49,809 nt of DNA, taken from positions 1-49,809 of the forward strand of contig JACRFY010000088.1 of the NCBI GenBank assembly GCA_016212565.1. Direction: 5' to 3'. Positions 44,101-49,809 of this stretch are shown in pieces. The position numbers and the translations under genes were made by a program. Under the pieces are notes generated by a model. It saw only the letters and a program-made list of their open reading frames with translations. It did not search any database and had not been told where the DNA came from. Origin of the DNA: Magnetospirillum sp. (GTDB lineage Bacteria; Pseudomonadota; Alphaproteobacteria; Rhodospirillales; Magnetospirillaceae). Each line of letters starts with the position of its first letter. Within the stretch, counting starts at the first letter, position 1.

Positions 44101-44463
44101 CGCGGCGACGAGACCGCCATCCGCCGGGTGCTGATCAACATCGTCGGCAATGCGGTCAAGTTCACCCCACCGGGCGGACGCATCGACGTCCAAGGCCGCT
44201 GGAGCGACGACGGCCTTCAATTGGTGATCGCGGACACCGGCATCGGTATCGCCGCCGAAGATCTCGCCCGCATCATGGAGCCGTTCGAGCAGGCGCGCAC
44301 CAATCCCGCCATTCGCCAGGAGGGGGTCGGTCTCGGACTGCCGATCGCCAATTCGCTGATGACCTTGCACGGCGGCAGCATCCGCCTGAGTTCCAACCCC
44401 ACCCAGGGAACCATGGTCACCCTGTCCTTCCCCGCCGACCGCCTGCTGCCACGCGAAGATTGA
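41123..44463 (+). pseudogene. CheB-methylesterase / CheR-methyltransferase / PAS / HisKA-HATPase_c fusion kinase, interrupted by a 1-nt frameshift at 41429..41433
   Basis: Frame 2 (ORF 41123..41995) reads the CheB-like start ..LFVVGIGASAGGLEALRPF..YVIVQHLSPQYRS..NTIYLTPP, then becomes junk. Frame 1 (ORF 41107..44463) resumes at NKDVRIKGGILHLS..GVILSGTGTDGSHG.. and continues through CheR (..SFFRDPKAF..LWVTGCATGEEAYS..), a heptad coiled coil, PAS, H-box (FLARMSHELRTPMNAV) and ATPase (GNAVKFT, DTGIGI, GVGLGLPI). The junction lies in a run of five C. Either a true frameshift or a homopolymer sequencing error. Confidence 0.6.
43144..43302 (+). repeat. 7.5 x 21-nt (heptad) coding repeat, EEL(Q/E)xxN coiled coil
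   Basis: EELETSN EELQAVN EELQAAN EELQSSN EELETSN EELQATN EELTTVN QELQ. Characteristic linker of the CheB/CheR-PAS kinase family. Confidence 0.8.
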
Positions 44464-44575
44464 GGTGGCTGGAAATCTCCGTTCAGCGTAATACCTGAAT
44501 GATGCGGGATGGAATCCGCACACCATATGTGGGGCGGAATCGGGCCGGATGGCCCGTTGCGGGGATGGACCGGCC

Positions 44576-45202
44576 ATGCGGCCCTTGACGTCCGATTTGC
44601 TGGTGCGCGCCTACGCGATGGGGATCTTCCCCATGGCGCGCTCGCGGCACGATCCCCGGCTGTATTGGATCGACCCCGACCAGCGCGGCATCCTGCCGCT
44701 CGAAGAGTTCCATCTTCCCCGCTCGCTGAAGAAGGTGGTGGCCCGCAGCGCCTTCGAGATCCGCATCGACACCGCCTTTGCCGCGGTGATGCAGGGCTGC
44801 GCCGAGCCGCGGCCCGGGCGCCCCGACACCTGGATCAACGACGAGATCGTGCGCCTGTTCGTCGACCTCCACCACCTCGGGCTGGCCCATTCGGTGGAGA
44901 CCTGGCAGGACGGCGAACTGGCCGGCGGGCTGTATGGCCTGTCGCTGGGCGCGGCGTTCTTCGGCGAAAGCATGTTCAGCCACCGCACCGACGCCTCCAA
45001 GGTGGCGCTGGTGCATCTGGTGGCGCGGCTGAAGGCCGGCGGCTATACCCTTCTCGACACCCAGTTCGTCACCGAGCACCTGGCCCGGTTCGGTGCCCGC
45101 GAGATCTCCCGCCACGACTACCTGCGCCGCCTGTCGCGCGCCGTCGACACCCCCGCCGCCTTCGACCGCGGGCCGGTGGCGTGGGAGCGGGCGCTGGATT
45201 AA
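44576..45202 (+). CDS. aat: Leucyl/phenylalanyl-tRNA--protein transferase
   Basis: MRPLTSDLLVRAYAMGIFPMA..LYWIDPDQRGILPLEEFHLPRSLKK..TWINDEIVRLFVDLHHLGLAHSVETW..LAGGLYGLSLGAAFFGESMFS..ASKVAL..DTQFVTEHLARFGAREISR.DY matches conserved Aat motifs. An alternative upstream start exists at 44549. Confidence 0.9.
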   Translation: MRPLTSDLLVRAYAMGIFPMARSRHDPRLYWIDPDQRGILPLEEFHLPRSLKKVVARSAFEIRIDTAFAAVMQGCAEPRPGRPDTWINDEIVRLFVDLHHLGLAHSVETWQDGELAGGLYGLSLGAAFFGESMFSHRTDASKVALVHLVARLKAGGYTLLDTQFVTEHLARFGAREISRHDYLRRLSRAVDTPAAFDRGPVAWERALD

Positions 45203-45595
45203 ACGCAATACAGTTCAGTTAAGCAAATAACCGTTATGTATCAAATGGGTGTCGTCATGGCCGTGCTAGTCACGGCCATCCACGCGGTGCCATTCCCGGC
45301 GGCTTTTGCCGTGGTCCCAGGCGACGAGCGACCATCTCACCGCCAAGACGCCAAAGTCGCCTTCGGCGACACGCCAAGGACGCCCTGCGGACGGAGGGAT
45401 GCCATATCGCCTTGGCGGTCTTGAGTTTTTCTTGGCGCCTTGGCGGTGAAACCGAGAGCCGCCTGGGACAACGGAATAAGCCGTAATTCCCATTAACGGC
45501 GAAAATTTGGGATCGGCGTGGATGCCCGGAACACGTCCGGGCATGACACTAACTCGTTGGGACGAATGCATTTACCCCTTAACTGAACCGCATTG
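45202..45595. mobile_element. MITE-like non-coding nested-palindrome element (~394 bp)
   Basis: Terminal inverted repeats CAATACAGTTCAGTTAAG (45206..45223) and CTTAACTGAACCGCATTG (45578..45595) match 16/18. Nested inverted pairs: 45314..45323 / 45460..45469 (10/10) and 45337..45354 / 45432..45449 (17/18). Local hairpins: ATGGCCGTG-n5-CACGGCCAT (45257..45279) and ATGCCCGGA-n5-TCCGGGCAT (45522..45544). GGATTA lies on both outer borders (45196..45201 and 45596..45601). No transposase gene. Confidence 0.55.
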
Positions 45596-45721
45596 GGATT
45601 AGCCGGCTTCTCGGACCAATTCTGAGATGACCCCAGCCGGGGCGGAACGATTACCCCGGCACGAATTGCTGTTACCGCCGCAGGCGGACAGCCTCACCAA
45701 GGCCTCCGAATCTGATTGCAC

Positions 45722-45741
45722 ATACTGCAATAATGCAGTAT
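45722..45741. promoter_or_regulatory. Perfect palindrome (candidate operator) in the RHH gene promoter region
   Basis: ATACTGCA-ATAA-TGCAGTAT has 8-bp perfect arms. It overlaps a second palindrome TTGCA-n5-TGCAA (45716..45730) and is followed by TATACAT (-10-like) and GGAGGA (45760..45765) before the ATG at 45770. Confidence 0.45.
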
Positions 45742-45769
45742 TATACATCATACAGAAGCGGAGGACGAC

Positions 45770-46156
45770 ATGCGTGAAAGCGAGACTGCGGCTCTGACCA
45801 TTAGACTGCCTGCCAGCATGCGCGATGAGTTTGCCAGAGCAATGCGCGAGGCCGGCACGACGGCGTCTGCGCATTTGCGCAAGGCAATTGAGGAAGCGGT
45901 TACCGGCCGAATTCCGGGCCCGATAAAGTTGAGCCCAGCGGAGCATGCTCGGGCCATGGTAGCGAAGGACGGAAAAGTCGGCGACGGCGACCTTGTTGGC
46001 GACAATCAAGGAGCGGCATTCCCATTGGCGCCCACCGAGCGCCGCTATCGCGACACGATTATTTTCCTGTCCCAGGCGGTGCTCGCGCAGGATGCAGCCC
46101 TGCGGCGTGTTGCAGCCGCCGTGAATGATTTCCAGGAGACCGGCTATGCCCCCTGA
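45770..46156 (+). CDS. Ribbon-helix-helix (CopG/MetJ-like) DNA-binding protein, 128 aa
   Basis: The N-terminus LTIRLPASMRDEFARAMREAGTTASAHLRKAIEEAV fits the strand-helix-helix pattern. GGAGGA lies 4 nt upstream of the ATG. Codon usage is atypical for the window (AGA, ATA, ATT, TTG) and local GC is lower. Confidence 0.6.
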   Translation: MRESETAALTIRLPASMRDEFARAMREAGTTASAHLRKAIEEAVTGRIPGPIKLSPAEHARAMVAKDGKVGDGDLVGDNQGAAFPLAPTERRYRDTIIFLSQAVLAQDAALRRVAAAVNDFQETGYAP

Positions 46157-46292
46157 TGATCGCGCTCGCTACGCAGCTCCCAAAGGACGCGCGAGCCGCG
46201 CCAAGGAGTGGGCGGGCGTAGCCAAGGAGATTCTCCACTGCGTCGCAATTGCAGTCGGCATCATAGCCACGATCAAGAAGATGCAGGCGTAA
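46146..46292 (+). CDS. 48-codon micro-ORF for a small C-terminally membrane-anchored peptide (below the ORF-track cutoff)
   Basis: The ATG at 46146 overlaps the RHH gene end by 11 nt. Translation: MPPDDRARYAAPKGRASRAKEWAGVAKEILHCVAIAVGIIATIKKMQA, a basic N-terminus with one hydrophobic helix. No homology claim possible. Confidence 0.3.
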   Translation: MPPDDRARYAAPKGRASRAKEWAGVAKEILHCVAIAVGIIATIKKMQA

Positions 46293-46304
46293 GGGCATCT
46301 CCCC

Positions 46305-46679
46305 CTACTTGACGCAGTCGAGGACCCAGACGTCGTAGACCGGGTGCTCCATCGCCGACAGGGCCGGCGAGGAGGCGAACATCCAACCGCGGAATACGCC
46401 GGCGGCCGGCTGGTCGGGGCGCAGCTCCCAGATGTCGAGGAAGGCGGCGCTCTCGGGATTTTCCTCGGGGCGATGCTTCTTGCACGCCCGGGCGACGATC
46501 TCCAGGGTGCCGAAACGCACCGGCTGCCCCACCGGCGCCTCCTTGGTCACCACCTTGGCGGTGACCTTGTCGAGCCCGCCCAGGACCACGGTCCGCAGCG
46601 ACAGGTCCTCGGCCTCCTGGGCCGAAGCACCCAGCGAAACCAAGGCCAACAGCAGCGCGGCAGCCGCGGCAATCCTCAT
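46305..46679 (-). CDS. DUF2155-family periplasmic protein
   Basis: Signal peptide MRIAAAAALLLALVSLGASA, then ..LGGLDKVTAKV..VRFGTLEIVARACKK.PPEE.PESAAFLDIWE..GWMFASSPALSAMEHPVYDVWVLDC, the conserved alphaproteobacterial DUF2155 pattern. Its ATG overlaps the upstream MlaD stop codon (ATGA). Confidence 0.82.
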   Translation of the reverse strand: MRIAAAAALLLALVSLGASAQEAEDLSLRTVVLGGLDKVTAKVVTKEAPVGQPVRFGTLEIVARACKKHRPEENPESAAFLDIWELRPDQPAAGVFRGWMFASSPALSAMEHPVYDVWVLDCVK

Positions 46680-47197
46680 TTCAGGCTGCCGCCGATCCCG
46701 AGCGAGTCGCCGCCCGGCGCGGCTTGGGCGCCCGGCGCCGCCTCGGCGGAATTGTCGGCGGTGGCAAGGAAGATCAGTTCGCCGACCATCTCCTCGATGG
46801 ACTTGAACTCCTTGGTCTTGCCGATGGCGCCGCCGACGGCGATCAGCTCCTGGGAGCGGCCGGGATCGAGCTTGATGTATTTGCCGCCCAACAGGCCTTC
46901 CGAGGCCACCGAGGCCACGGTGTCCTTGGGCAGCTTGATGTCGGGGCTGATCGACAGCCGCACCACGGCGTTGAAGGTCTGCGGATCGAGGGCGTGGCCG
47001 GCGACGGTGCCGACCTTGATGCCGTTGATGCGCACGTCCGAGCCGTCCTCGACCCCGCCCACCGAGGTGAACTGGGCGGTGATCTCGTAGCCCTTGATTT
47101 CCTTCATGCTGGAGTGGTTGTAGGCGAACACCAGAAAAAATCCGGCCACCAACAGGACCACGGCCCCCATGATGGTTTCGATCAGGTTGCGTCCCAT
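46676..47197 (-). CDS. mlaD: MlaD-type MCE-domain protein (outer-membrane lipid asymmetry system component)
   Basis: N-terminal TM ETIMGAVVLLVAGFFLVFAY, then MCE domain ..YEITAQFTSVGGVEDGSDVRINGIKVGTVAGHALDPQTFNAVVRLSI..VASEGLLGGKYIKLDPG... Confidence 0.82.
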   Translation of the reverse strand: MGRNLIETIMGAVVLLVAGFFLVFAYNHSSMKEIKGYEITAQFTSVGGVEDGSDVRINGIKVGTVAGHALDPQTFNAVVRLSISPDIKLPKDTVASVASEGLLGGKYIKLDPGRSQELIAVGGAIGKTKEFKSIEEMVGELIFLATADNSAEAAPGAQAAPGGDSLGIGGSLK

Positions 47198-47207
47198 GGT
47201 CGCTCTC

Positions 47208-47699
47208 TCACTTCGTCATGCTGGGGATCGGTTTGTCGAGGTAACCCCGCTTGGCCTTGCCCTGGGCGATGATCATTTCCAACAGCTCTTCGATCACGAT
47301 CGCATCCTGGGTATAGGCGATCTCGCCGCCCGGCTTGAGCACCGCCTCGTCGCCGCCGGGGCGCAATTCGATGTACTTGCCGCCCAGCAGGCCGTCGGTA
47401 TGGATCAGGGCGGCGGTGTCGGTGGTCAACAGCACGTTGTTGGCCACCTTCAGCGTCGTCCTGGCCCGGAACTGCGGATCCAGCTCCGCCGCCACCACCT
47501 TGCCGACCGGCAACCCGGCCATCCGCACCTGACTGCCGACGGTAATTCCCTCGGCGCGCTGGAAGCGAGCGGTCAGGGTATAGCCGTCCTCGGTGCTGGG
47601 GGCGTTGTCGCGGGCATAGACGATCCCCAGCAGCAGCGCGCCCACCAGCACCACCGCCGCACCGGTCATCGTGTCGCGATCGCCGCCCTTGGTCACCAT
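47208..47699 (-). CDS. Second, tandem MlaD-like MCE-domain protein
   Basis: Uses the last 163 codons of track ORF 47208..48203: MVTKGGDRDTMTGAAVVLVGALLLGIVYA..YTLTARFQRAEGITVGSQVRMAGLPVGKVVAAELDPQFRARTTLKV..HTDGLLGGKYIELRPGG... Alternative ATG at 47669. Confidence 0.75.
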   Translation of the reverse strand: MVTKGGDRDTMTGAAVVLVGALLLGIVYARDNAPSTEDGYTLTARFQRAEGITVGSQVRMAGLPVGKVVAAELDPQFRARTTLKVANNVLLTTDTAALIHTDGLLGGKYIELRPGGDEAVLKPGGEIAYTQDAIVIEELLEMIIAQGKAKRGYLDKPIPSMTK

Positions 47700-47719
47700 C
47701 GGCGCCCGGCCCACGGCGC

Positions 47720-48070
47720 TCACGGCCGCCACGGTTCGTAGTCCCCGGCCGCCCGTTCGCGCCGCCCGCCCCTCAGGTCGTGCCCGGGGGGAAGATAGGC
47801 CTCGCCGGTGCCGGTGGCGTTGGCCTCGTGGCCCTTCTGCCATGGCTGGCGCTTGGCGGCGGTCAGCGGCTCGTCGGCGGTGTAGTGCAGCCAGGCATGC
47901 CACTCGGCCGGCACCTTCGAGCCCTCGGGGGCACCGCGGTAGATCACCCAGCGCTTGGCGCGCCGGCCGGCCGGCGCGCCGCGCTCGGCGTAATAGCTGT
48001 TGCCGGCGGAATCGGTGCCGACACGACGACCCTTGATCCAGGTGTAGAGGATGGTGCCCACAGTGGTCAT
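47720..48070 (-). CDS. NADH:ubiquinone oxidoreductase subunit NDUFA12-family protein
   Basis: Uses the last 116 codons of track ORF 47720..48361: MTTVGTILYTWIKGRRVGTDSAGNSYYAE....RWVIY.G..E.S.VPAEWHAWLHYT.DEP.., the bacterial NDUFA12/B17.2-like pattern. Confidence 0.82.
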   Translation of the reverse strand: MTTVGTILYTWIKGRRVGTDSAGNSYYAERGAPAGRRAKRWVIYRGAPEGSKVPAEWHAWLHYTADEPLTAAKRQPWQKGHEANATGTGEAYLPPGHDLRGGRRERAAGDYEPWRP

Positions 48071-48298
48071 CTCGCCCCCGGCGCAATTTGGAAACCCGGC
48101 CGGGACTATGGCAAATGCGAGGCCAAGCGTCCAGAGCCTCTGCGGTCGGATGCCGCGAGATCCGCGCCAACGCTCGATAGCGACAAAACCCGACAAACAC
48201 CAATCATATATGATGTGTCGGAATGGCTCATCAGGGACAAAATCTTGTTGATGCGGGCCGGACTCTGGCATAGCTTGTCGCCACATCGAGAGACATGT

Positions 48299-48314
48299 GC
48301 ACAACATCTTGTGA
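48299..48314. promoter_or_regulatory. Candidate NrdR box upstream of nrdJ
   Basis: GCACAACATCTTGTGA matches 12/16 to the published NrdR consensus acaCwAtATaTwGtgt and is internally palindromic. A weaker AT-rich candidate is ATCATATATGATGTGT at 48203..48218 (11/16). Confidence 0.3.
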
Positions 48315-48381
48315 GTGGGGGAACGGGGGCGCAGCTCCCCTCGCCCCGTTCCGGCCGACAACTGACGACTACGAGGGGACC

Positions 48382-49809
48382 ATGCGCGTATCGCGTCACT
48401 TCACCAAGGCAGGGGAGCCGGCCTATGCCGGTATCGCGTTCCGCACCACCGCCAGCGAGATCCGCAATCCCGATGGCTCGGTGGTGTTCTCGCTGTCGGA
48501 CATGGAGGTCCCCGCCGCGTGGTCGCAGGTGGCCTGCGACGTCCTGGCGCAGAAGTATTTCCGCAAGGCCGGCATCCCCGCCGCCACCAGGCCGGTGGCC
48601 GAGAAGGGCGTGCCGGTGTGGTTGCAGCGCCACGAGCCCGACACCGAGGCGCTGGCCGCCCTGCCCGAGAAAGAGCGCAGCCGCGGCGAAAAGAGCGCCC
48701 GCGAGGTGTTCGACCGTCTGGCCGGCACCTGGACCTACTGGGGGTGGAAGGGCGGCTATTTCGCCGCCGAGGCCGATGCCAGCGCCTTCCACGACGAGAT
48801 GCGGGTAATGCTGGCCCGCCAGATGGGCGCCCCCAACTCGCCGCAATGGTTCAACACCGGCCTGCATTGGGCCTATGGCATCGACGGCCCCAGCCAGGGC
48901 CACTTCTACGTCGATCCCAAGACCGGCAAGATGGTGCGCTCGAAATCCGCCTACGAGCATCCCCAGCCCCATGCCTGCTTCATCCAGGGCATCGAGGACG
49001 ATCTGGTCAACGAAGGCGGCATCATGGACCTGTGGGTGCGCGAGGCGCGCCTGTTCAAGTACGGCTCGGGCACCGGCACCAACTTCTCCAAGCTGCGCGG
49101 CGAAGGCGAGCGCCTGTCGGGCGGCGGCAAGTCGTCGGGGCTGATGAGCTTCCTCAAGATCGGCGACCGCGCCGCCGGGGCGATCAAGTCCGGCGGCACC
49201 ACCCGGCGCGCCGCCAAGATGGTGGTGGTCGACGTCGACCATCCCGACATCGAGACCTTCATCGACTGGAAGGTGATCGAGGAGCAGAAGGTCGCCGCCC
49301 TGGTCGCCGGCTCGCGCCTCGCCGCCAAGCACCTCACCGAGGTGATGGCCGCCTGCCGCGAGTGGGATGGCCTCAGCGGCGAAGCCGCGTCCCGCGGTCT
49401 TGGCGATGGCGACGCCCGCTTCGACCCCAAGATCAACAAGCGCCTCAAGGCGGCGATCCTCGCCTCGCGCGCCGCCATGCTGCCCGAGAACTACGTCCAG
49501 CGGGTGATCCAGTTCGCCCGCCAGGGCTACCAGCACATCGACTTCCCGGTCTACGATACCGACTGGGATTCCGAGGCCTATCTGACCGTCTCGGGGCAGA
49601 ACTCCAACAACACCGTCCGCGTCACCGATTCCTTCCTGGGCGCGGTGGCCGACGACGCCGACTGGGATCTGCCGTGGCGCACCCGGCCGGGGGTCAAGAA
49701 GACGCTCAAGGCCCGCGACCTGTGGGAGAAGATCGGCGAGGCCGCCTGGGCCTGTGCCGACCCGGGCATCCAGTTCGACACCACCATCAACGACTGGCAC
49801 ACCTGCCCG
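48382..49809 (+). CDS. nrdJ: Class II (adenosylcobalamin-dependent) ribonucleotide reductase, 5' partial (476 codons, runs off the window)
   Basis: Absent from the ORF track because no stop codon lies in the window. Frame 1 from the ATG at 48382 reads MRVSRHFTKAGEPAYAGIAFRTTASEIRNPDGSVVFSLSDMEVPAAWSQVACDVLAQKYFRKAGIP..PQWFNTGLHWAYGI..PHACFIQGIEDDLVNEGGIMDLW.REARLFKYGSGTGTNFS.LRGEGE.LSGGGKSSGLMSFLKIGDRAAGAIKSGGTTRRAAKMV..DHPDIE.FI.WK, typical NrdJ N-terminal and active-site regions. Confidence 0.92.
   Translation, partial: MRVSRHFTKAGEPAYAGIAFRTTASEIRNPDGSVVFSLSDMEVPAAWSQVACDVLAQKYFRKAGIPAATRPVAEKGVPVWLQRHEPDTEALAALPEKERSRGEKSAREVFDRLAGTWTYWGWKGGYFAAEADASAFHDEMRVMLARQMGAPNSPQWFNTGLHWAYGIDGPSQGHFYVDPKTGKMVRSKSAYEHPQPHACFIQGIEDDLVNEGGIMDLWVREARLFKYGSGTGTNFSKLRGEGERLSGGGKSSGLMSFLKIGDRAAGAIKSGGTTRRAAKMVVVDVDHPDIETFIDWKVIEEQKVAALVAGSRLAAKHLTEVMAACREWDGLSGEAASRGLGDGDARFDPKINKRLKAAILASRAAMLPENYVQRVIQFARQGYQHIDFPVYDTDWDSEAYLTVSGQNSNNTVRVTDSFLGAVADDADWDLPWRTRPGVKKTLKARDLWEKIGEAAWACADPGIQFDTTINDWHTCP

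Noticed and set aside
35283-44577. Antisense ORFs over the SBP and signalling genes (35283..36116, 36294..37481, 37876..39339, 38682..40652, 40553..41314, 41419..44577), and the off-frame + ORFs there
   Set aside because: The sense frames carry unambiguous PBP, PAS, HisKA, HATPase, REC, Crp, CheB and CheR motifs. The antisense products are low-complexity with no motifs.
45236-45571. ORFs 45236..45424(+) and 45266..45571(-) as small protein genes
   Set aside because: They lie entirely within the nested palindromic element. The VMPGRVPGIHA-type peptide is the familiar translation of a hairpin repeat, and there is no RBS or coding signature.
45599-46009. 136-aa and 85-aa minus-strand ORFs opposite the RHH gene
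   Set aside because: No RBS and no motifs (Arg/Ser/Cys-rich). The + strand ORF has a strong GGAGGA, an operator palindrome and an RHH pattern.
48071-48381. Cobalamin riboswitch in the nrdJ leader
   Set aside because: I recognised no B12-box-like core. B12 riboswitches usually repress B12-independent isozymes, not the B12-dependent NrdJ.
48106-49800. 564-aa minus-strand ORF overlapping nrdJ
   Set aside because: It lies antisense to a textbook NrdJ reading frame that the track omitted only because it has no stop codon in the window.
35320-49809. T1SS transporter (ABC/MFP/TolC) or LapG/LapD-type adhesin-release genes downstream of the giant gene
   Set aside because: None of the downstream ORFs shows Walker-A ABC exporter, HlyD-like, TolC-like, transglutaminase-like protease or GGDEF/EAL signatures. 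If present, they must lie outside the window.

Overview
Very GC-rich window (roughly two-thirds G+C by eye, not computed), probably alphaproteobacterial and chromosomal. About 70% of it (181..35319, + strand) is one uninterrupted 11,712-codon ORF. It encodes a giant RTX-type surface protein with a type-I-secretion-style C-terminus. Domains in order: RTX nonapeptide blocks, a 146-codon poly-Ala tract, a 7-blade FG-GAP propeller, two EPTP/EAR-like propellers, two PD40 propellers, many cadherin/Ig-like and VCBS modules, about 23 LamG (Laminin_G_3-type) domains, a PATR-like beta-helix region, and a C-terminal RTX plus T1SS-target tail. The gene carries large internal duplications (2 x 1.9 kb, 3 x 2.2 kb). 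Its 5' end lies inside a >=138-bp, 98%-identical inverted repeat that the window edge cuts. This is a candidate invertible or recombining N-terminal cassette, or a head-to-head paralogue. Downstream on the + strand are: a periplasmic solute-binding-protein gene overlapping the giant stop codon (ATGA); a signalling cluster with no evident transmembrane segments (PAS histidine kinase, single-domain receiver, REC-PAS histidine kinase, two overlapping Crp/Fnr regulators, and a CheB/CheR-PAS histidine kinase split by a 1-nt frameshift in a C run); and aat. Next comes a ~1.1-kb lower-GC insertion holding a ~400-bp MITE-like nested palindrome, an RHH gene with a perfect operator palindrome, and a 48-codon membrane micro-ORF. 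The window ends with a minus-strand DUF2155 / MlaD / MlaD-like / NDUFA12-like block and the 5' 1.4 kb of nrdJ. I saw no rRNA, tRNA, CRISPR array, transposase, recombinase, reverse transcriptase or T1SS transporter genes. Most other long ORFs in the track are off-frame or antisense artefacts of the GC-rich coding sequence.
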